Below, in pieces: positions 59,087 through 64,000 of a stretch of DNA of 64,000 nt. The notes beneath the pieces are model-generated. The model saw nothing but the letters and a program-made list of their open reading frames with translations, searched no databases and was not told where the DNA came from. The stretch's first letter is position 1; each line of letters begins with the position of its first letter. Made by a program: the position numbers and the translations under genes. The stretch comes from Acidobacteriota bacterium (GTDB lineage: Bacteria > Acidobacteriota > Vicinamibacteria > Vicinamibacterales > 2-12-FULL-66-21). The stretch is taken from the NCBI GenBank assembly GCA_031361295.1, contig JANMCN010000036.1:3716-67715 (forward strand), given 5' to 3'.

Positions 59087-59542
59087 TCAGAGCCGCGGCC
59101 TCACCGAAATAATGACGGTCTTCATCACCGCATCGCCGATGCTCTCCGACGACATCTGCGGATCCTCTGCGACGGTCAGGTGCACGAGCCGCCGCGAGTA
59201 CGGGTTGAGCGGGCCCATCTCCTGGGACGCCCCCGACGTCTTCGCCTTTTCCATCATGAAGCGGGCCATCTGCCGCAGTTCCGCGTCCTTCGCCTTGCGG
59301 TAGTCCATGCAGTCGACGACGAACGAGCGGTCGTCCTGCAGCTCGCGTCGGAAGGCGGTGTTCACGATCTGCTGCAGCGCGTCGAGCGCCTCGGCCCGTT
59401 TGCGCAGCAGCGCCTCGCTGCCTTCGCCCGAGATCTCGACGCGAACGCTGTCGGGCGTGTCCACGATCGCGACGTCCGCGGCGATTCCCATGGCGGCCAC
59501 GGTCTGGCGCGTGAACTCGAGGACGCGATCCTGCAGCTCCAT
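59087..59542 (-). CDS. jag: Jag/KhpB-like KH + R3H RNA-binding protein
   Basis: In-frame C-terminal 151 aa of track ORF 59087..60256, starting MELQDRVLEF. R3H region GPLNPYSRRLVHLTV. Its ATG overlaps the yidC stop (TGATG). Confidence 0.85.
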   Translation of the reverse strand: MELQDRVLEFTRQTVAAMGIAADVAIVDTPDSVRVEISGEGSEALLRKRAEALDALQQIVNTAFRRELQDDRSFVVDCMDYRKAKDAELRQMARFMMEKAKTSGASQEMGPLNPYSRRLVHLTVAEDPQMSSESIGDAVMKTVIISVRPRL

Positions 59543-61269
59543 CACTTCTGCTCCTTCGCCTGATCCGTCTTGCCGCCGCCGGCGTTCTTGACCCGGCGCT
59601 CCGCCGGTGGCCGTACGGTGCGCTGCGCGGCCGGCCCGATCAGCCGGTTGGTGAACGCCTGCTGCCCGATCGCCCACAGGTTGCTCGTCGTCCAGTAGAG
59701 CACGAGGCCGCTCGGCGCCCAGATGAACATCGCCATGAAGATGATCGGCATGAACATCATCATCTTCTGCTGCATGGGGTCGGCCGTGGACGGCGTCATG
59801 CGCGTCTGCACGAACTGCGTGAGGCCCATCAGGACGGGCGTGATGAAGAGCGGATCGTGCACCGAGAGGTCGTGAATCCATCCGACGAACGGCGCGCCGC
59901 GGAGCTCGATGGCGACCGAGAGCATGGAATAGAACGCGAAAAGAACCGGCAGCGTGAGCAGCATCGGCACGCAGCCGCTTGCGGGATTGACCCCGCGCTC
60001 GCGGTAGAGACTCATCATCTCCGTGTTCATTTTCTGCCGCGCGGGATCCGTCACCTTCAGCTTGGCGTACCGATCCTGGATGGCCTTCACCTCCGGCTGG
60101 AGCTCCTGCATGCGCCGCATCGACACCACGCTCTTGTGGCGCAGCGGGAACATCGCGAGGTTGATGAGGACCGTCAGGAGGATGATCGACCATCCGTAAT
60201 TGCCGACGAGGCCGTCCACCCATTTGAGGGCGTGCAGGAGCGGGACGACGAGCCACGCGAGGTACCCGAAATGAATCGACCGGACCAGGTCGCGATCGAC
60301 CGCCGCCAGCACGTCGAAGTCCTTGGGGCCGGCGAAGAAGCGCACATTTCTCGGCGAGGACCCCACCCGTACCGACCAGTCGATGAAGTGGGCGACGGTG
60401 TTCTCGGGACCAGGGACCGGCACCGCGAGCTGCCCGTAATCCAGATGGAGCGGCTGGGCGGGTCCGACAATCGCCGTCAGGAAATAATGGTCGTCCACGC
60501 CAGCGAATCCGAAAACGCCGTCCTGCGAGGCGCTTGCAGCCACCTTGGCGGCGGCAATCCGGCTGACGCTGCCGTCCCGGTAGAAAATCGGCTGTGGTGG
60601 AGGGTTATACGTTCGCGAGCTGGCGACCACCCCGCTGCCGAGCGAGGGTCCCCAAAGCACCGTCGGAACGAGCTCACGGTCCCCCTGCGACACGGTCGCG
60701 GAAAAGCTGATGACGTAGGGAGAGCCTGGCGCGAACGAAAACTCTTTGTGGGCGGTCAGACCATTGGCGTCCTGGTAATCGAACGCGAGGCCGGCGGGCG
60801 CGGAGGTCACCCTGACCTCGGTCGTGCTGGGTTTGAAAAGGGCCTCGGCCAGCGTCGCGCTGATCGCGGGATCCTGGACCGACAGCGTGAACGGACGGGC
60901 GGACCCGGCGGGGACGTTGGGTGGAATCAGCTCCAGCGGTTCCCGGGAGGCATTCTGATATTTCTTGAGACGCCAGCTTTTCAGCGCACCGCCCCGCGTC
61001 GTGAACACGGCGGTCACCGACTCGTTGTCGAACGTAATATCGCGCTCGGTCGTGTCAGCGACGAGCGTGGTCACACTGGGAGCGGCGTGTGCGGGGGCTT
61101 TCGCGGCGTCGTCCGAAGAGGGCACCGCCGGCCCCGTCGCGGGAACGGCTGGTGCGGCCCCCGTCGCGGTCCCCGGTTTCAGCTGCGGTTTAGGCGGCGG
61201 GTACAGGGCCTGGTAGCCGTAAAGGACGACGAACGACAGGATGACCGCGAGAAGAACGCGTTTTTCCAT
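59542..61269 (-). CDS. yidC: membrane protein insertase
   Basis: 575 aa. N-terminal TM, periplasmic domain and a conserved 5-TM core (GWSIILLTVLINLAMFPL). Confidence 0.93.
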   Translation of the reverse strand: MEKRVLLAVILSFVVLYGYQALYPPPKPQLKPGTATGAAPAVPATGPAVPSSDDAAKAPAHAAPSVTTLVADTTERDITFDNESVTAVFTTRGGALKSWRLKKYQNASREPLELIPPNVPAGSARPFTLSVQDPAISATLAEALFKPSTTEVRVTSAPAGLAFDYQDANGLTAHKEFSFAPGSPYVISFSATVSQGDRELVPTVLWGPSLGSGVVASSRTYNPPPQPIFYRDGSVSRIAAAKVAASASQDGVFGFAGVDDHYFLTAIVGPAQPLHLDYGQLAVPVPGPENTVAHFIDWSVRVGSSPRNVRFFAGPKDFDVLAAVDRDLVRSIHFGYLAWLVVPLLHALKWVDGLVGNYGWSIILLTVLINLAMFPLRHKSVVSMRRMQELQPEVKAIQDRYAKLKVTDPARQKMNTEMMSLYRERGVNPASGCVPMLLTLPVLFAFYSMLSVAIELRGAPFVGWIHDLSVHDPLFITPVLMGLTQFVQTRMTPSTADPMQQKMMMFMPIIFMAMFIWAPSGLVLYWTTSNLWAIGQQAFTNRLIGPAAQRTVRPPAERRVKNAGGGKTDQAKEQK

Positions 61270-61278
61270 TAAATATTG

Positions 61279-61533
61279 CTATCTGGCGTCAGTCCGCGCA
61301 CCTGGGACCTGATCCACGCCGGAGGCGCCAAAGGGATTGCAGCGCACCAGCCGGCGCACTGCCATGACGGATCCACGGACGACGCCGTGACGAGTGACCG
61401 CTTCCGCCGCGTAGTCGGAACAGGACGGGAAAAACCGACACGCACCGGCAAACATCGGGGAGAACGCGACCTTGTACGATCGCAGGAGTCCGAGCGCGAC
61501 GCGTTGCCCAACGGACAGCTCAGCGGGTGGCAT
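61279..61533 (-). CDS. yidD: membrane protein insertion efficiency factor
   Basis: CRFFPSCSDYAAEAV motif. Confidence 0.9.
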   Translation of the reverse strand: MPPAELSVGQRVALGLLRSYKVAFSPMFAGACRFFPSCSDYAAEAVTRHGVVRGSVMAVRRLVRCNPFGASGVDQVPGARTDAR

Positions 61534-61900
61534 CGGGGAGTGGTGGGAAGCGGGCCGCGCATCGCTTCAGCGCGCCGCGAAGGTCCAGCTCGAGACTTGC
61601 GTAGGCCGCGTCGAACAGTTCCCGGCGGGGAATCACGACGACGTCGAACCCCGCGGCGCCGGGTCCGGGCTCGCTACTGCGCCTGAATATCTCTCGAATC
61701 AGTCGTTTAGCGCGATTTCTGCGAACAGAATCACCCAGTTTGCGCGAGGCCACGATGCCCAGTCGGCGAGTGCCCTGAGCATTGGGCGCCATCAGGACGG
61801 TCAGATAACGCCCCTTCATTCGGAGTGAGAGGTCGAACACCCGCTTGAATTCCCCCCGGCGACGGACCCGGCGGGCCTTCGTGAAGCGCTCGGTCGACAT
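61520..61900 (-). CDS. rnpA: RNase P protein component
   Basis: 126 aa. Contains RLGIVASRKLGDSVRRNRAKRLIRE. Confidence 0.9.
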   Translation of the reverse strand: MSTERFTKARRVRRRGEFKRVFDLSLRMKGRYLTVLMAPNAQGTRRLGIVASRKLGDSVRRNRAKRLIREIFRRSSEPGPGAAGFDVVVIPRRELFDAAYASLELDLRGALKRCAARFPPLPDATR

Positions 61901-61931
61901 GGCGGTTCCTGGCGGAGAAATCCGCGACCGG

Positions 61932-62075
61932 CTACGTGGAGGAGACGGTGAGGCGCTTGCGGCCCTTTGCGCGACGGCGCTTGAGCACCAGTCGGCCGTT
62001 CTTGGTCGCCATGCGCACGAGAAAACCGTGCGTGCGCTTGCGGCGCCTCACGTTGGGCTGGAAAGTCACACTCAT
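61932..62075 (-). CDS. rpmH: 50S ribosomal protein L34
   Basis: Hand-translated, 47 aa and below the track cutoff: [47 protein letters not shown]. Confidence 0.92.
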   Translation of the reverse strand: MSVTFQPNVRRRKRTHGFLVRMATKNGRLVLKRRRAKGRKRLTVSST

Positions 62076-62239
62076 GGTCGGATCCCTTGCAACGAATAGA
62101 TACCCTAGAGAAACTTAGATATTACCGATCGCCGGCGTCTGTTGTCAATCGTCCGGCCCCCTTCTGGGGGTTTGTCGCGGGTCCAATCCGTGTGTTACAG
62201 TCGCCGTCCTTGCGAGTGCCGTAGGGTCTCCCCCCGAAG

Positions 62240-62271
62240 TTTTCCACAACTGTGGAAAAAACTGTGGAAAA
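62240..62271. promoter_or_regulatory. cluster of three identical DnaA boxes (TTTTCCACA) in the rpmH-dnaA spacer
   Basis: TTTTCCACA at 62240..62248 (forward). TGTGGAAAA at 62251..62259 and 62263..62271 (reverse). All fit TTWTNCACA. Confidence 0.7.
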
Positions 62272-62447
62272 GCACAGATTTGCCGTCGTGCCTGGACGAA
62301 CGCTCGGCTGTCCGGACGTGAGTTCCGGTCAGAGACTCAAAATACGGCCTGATTTCGCGTTTCCCTGAGAAAGTGCGGGCCTCAGGGAATGACTCTCCCC
62401 GTGAGGCGAAGGTCCTGGAAAGCTCCACAAACAGACAGCAGGCCACC

Positions 62448-63827
62448 ATGACGGGCAGCAGCATCTGGGACCAGGTCCTCGCTCGCATCGAGACCAAGGT
62501 CAACCGTCACATTTTTTACACCTGGTTCAAGCCGACCGCATTCGTGGCGGACGACGGGCTCCTGCTGCGCATCCGGGTCCCGAACGGGCTGTTCCGCGAC
62601 TGGCTCACGAAACACTACGCGGCCGTGCTGGACGAAGCGCTGGGCGAAATCGATCGCAAGGGCACCACGGTGACCTTCGTCACCGAGGAGTTGCCACGTC
62701 CGCTCGCCTCGCGGAAGCCAGGCTCGGAACCCGTTGCCCTGCCCGCTCTGACGCCCTCAGCCGCCGAAGCCGTGACGGAGACGGCGGAACCCGAAGTCGA
62801 GGAGGCTCCGTCCGGCAGCCTGGCTCCCCGCTACTCGTTCGAAACGTTCATCGTCGGTTCGTCGAACCAGTTTGCCCACGCCGCGTGCCGCGCCGTCGCC
62901 GAGGCGCCGTCCCGCTCGTACAACCCGCTTTTCATCTACGGGGGGGTGGGGCTCGGCAAGACACACCTGATGCATGCCATCGGTCACTACGTGCTCAACC
63001 ACCTAAAAACGCTGAAGCTCACCTACATCTCGTCCGAGCGGTTCATGAACGAGATGATCAACGGCGTCCGCTACGACCGCGTGCTCGACTTCCGCGAGCG
63101 CTACCGCAGCGTCGATGTGCTGCTCGTGGACGACATCCAGTTCCTCGCCGGCAAGGAAGGAACCCAGACCGAATTCTTCCACACGTTCAACGCGCTGTAC
63201 GACTCGCAGAAACAGATCGTCATCAGCAGCGACCGTCCGCCCCATGAAATTCCACAACTCGAAGAGCGTCTGCGCTCCCGGTTCGAATGGGGCTTGATCG
63301 CCGACATCCAGCCTCCCGACCTCGAGACGAAGGTCGCCATCCTCAAGCGGAAGGCCGAGTCGGAGGGCGTGCCGCTGCCGGACGACGTGGCGCTGTACAT
63401 CGCGGGGAAGATCAAGTCGAACATCCGCGAGCTCGAGGGATCCCTCATCCGACTCGTCGCCTATGCGTCGTTGACGGGACGGGAAATTTCGCTCGGACTC
63501 GCGCAGGACGTGCTGCGGAACGTCCTGCAGCACGACGAGCGCGCGGTCACGATCGAAGGCATCCAGAAATACGTCTCGGACTATTACCAGCTGAAGCACG
63601 GAGAACTGAAGTCGCGCAACAACTCGAAATCGATTGCGATGCCGAGACAGATTGCGATGTATCTGTGCAAGAACCTGACGAACGCGTCGCTGCCGGAAAT
63701 AGGGAAGAGCTTCGGCGGCAAGCATCATTCGACGGTGATCCATTCGATCCGGAAGATCGAAGCGCTTCGTCAGAGCGACGGAAATTTCAACACACTTATC
63801 AACACCTTCCTCGAGTCCTTTCGTTAA
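62448..63827 (+). CDS. dnaA: chromosomal replication initiator protein
   Basis: Start set to MTGSSIWDQVLARIE. Walker A GGVGLGKTHL. The C-terminal DNA-binding domain ends SFGGKHHSTVIHSIRKIE. Confidence 0.95.
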   Translation: MTGSSIWDQVLARIETKVNRHIFYTWFKPTAFVADDGLLLRIRVPNGLFRDWLTKHYAAVLDEALGEIDRKGTTVTFVTEELPRPLASRKPGSEPVALPALTPSAAEAVTETAEPEVEEAPSGSLAPRYSFETFIVGSSNQFAHAACRAVAEAPSRSYNPLFIYGGVGLGKTHLMHAIGHYVLNHLKTLKLTYISSERFMNEMINGVRYDRVLDFRERYRSVDVLLVDDIQFLAGKEGTQTEFFHTFNALYDSQKQIVISSDRPPHEIPQLEERLRSRFEWGLIADIQPPDLETKVAILKRKAESEGVPLPDDVALYIAGKIKSNIRELEGSLIRLVAYASLTGREISLGLAQDVLRNVLQHDERAVTIEGIQKYVSDYYQLKHGELKSRNNSKSIAMPRQIAMYLCKNLTNASLPEIGKSFGGKHHSTVIHSIRKIEALRQSDGNFNTLINTFLESFR

Positions 63828-63848
63828 CGAAAGCGCGGGGAAGAGCGG

Positions 63849-63919
63849 TTTTGCACAGCTCGCCTCGCGTGGTGCTGCGGATGAAGTGTGCGCCCAGCGG
63901 AGCGGCCCGGTTATCCACC
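63849..63919. promoter_or_regulatory. additional DnaA-box-like sites downstream of dnaA
   Basis: TTTTGCACA (63849..63857) fits TTWTNCACA. TTATCCACC (63911..63919) is one mismatch from TTATCCACA. No gene start is seen in the last 170 bp. Confidence 0.45.
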
Positions 63920-64000
63920 GCCGCCGTCCGGAAAACCCACCATCGACGCGGCCGCGTGTGCACAGTCTAAGTAACAGAACGGCAAGGGTTAACCGTCCGT

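Overview
Very GC-rich bacterial chromosomal window; gene content suggests Acidobacteriota, unverified. It runs into the replication-origin neighbourhood. ORF-track coordinates include stop codons, and several starts were re-assigned by hand.

The right third is the classic origin cluster, almost all on the minus strand up to a strand switch at rpmH/dnaA:
- parB-parA, a perfect parS palindrome, rsmG, mnmG, mnmE, jag, yidC, yidD, rnpA, rpmH
- three identical DnaA boxes, then dnaA

Upstream of that cluster on the same strand:
- selD, which is itself a selenoprotein. An in-frame TGA splits it into two track ORFs.
- An F-type ATP synthase operon (b', b, delta, alpha, gamma, beta, epsilon) that lacks the a and c subunits.
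- A PP2C phosphatase.
- A Wzm/Wzt polysaccharide ABC exporter whose internal spacer is bounded by two heptamer arrays.
- An RfaE-type adenylyltransferase.
- mfd, a SurA-like PPIase, a NusG paralog and dusB.

The left and middle parts hold housekeeping and accessory genes plus two regulatory modules that I consider most worth follow-up:
1. At 1..2.9 kb, a KaiA-less Kai module. A receiver(REC)-KaiB fusion is translationally coupled to a double-domain KaiC, followed by a paralogous REC gene, possibly under a sigma-54-type promoter.
2. At 28.7..35 kb, a signalling cluster containing a hybrid PAS histidine kinase, a FliA-type sigma factor behind a near-consensus sigma-54 promoter with upstream direct repeats, an excisionase-type HTH gene coupled to an orphan 77-aa DHp (H-box only) protein, an NtrC-type sigma-54 activator, a Trp/Arg/Gly/Pro-repeat disordered protein, and a Dabb protein.

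No rRNA, tRNA, CRISPR array or transposase was seen. The many long antisense or out-of-frame ORFs in the track are GC-rich artefacts.
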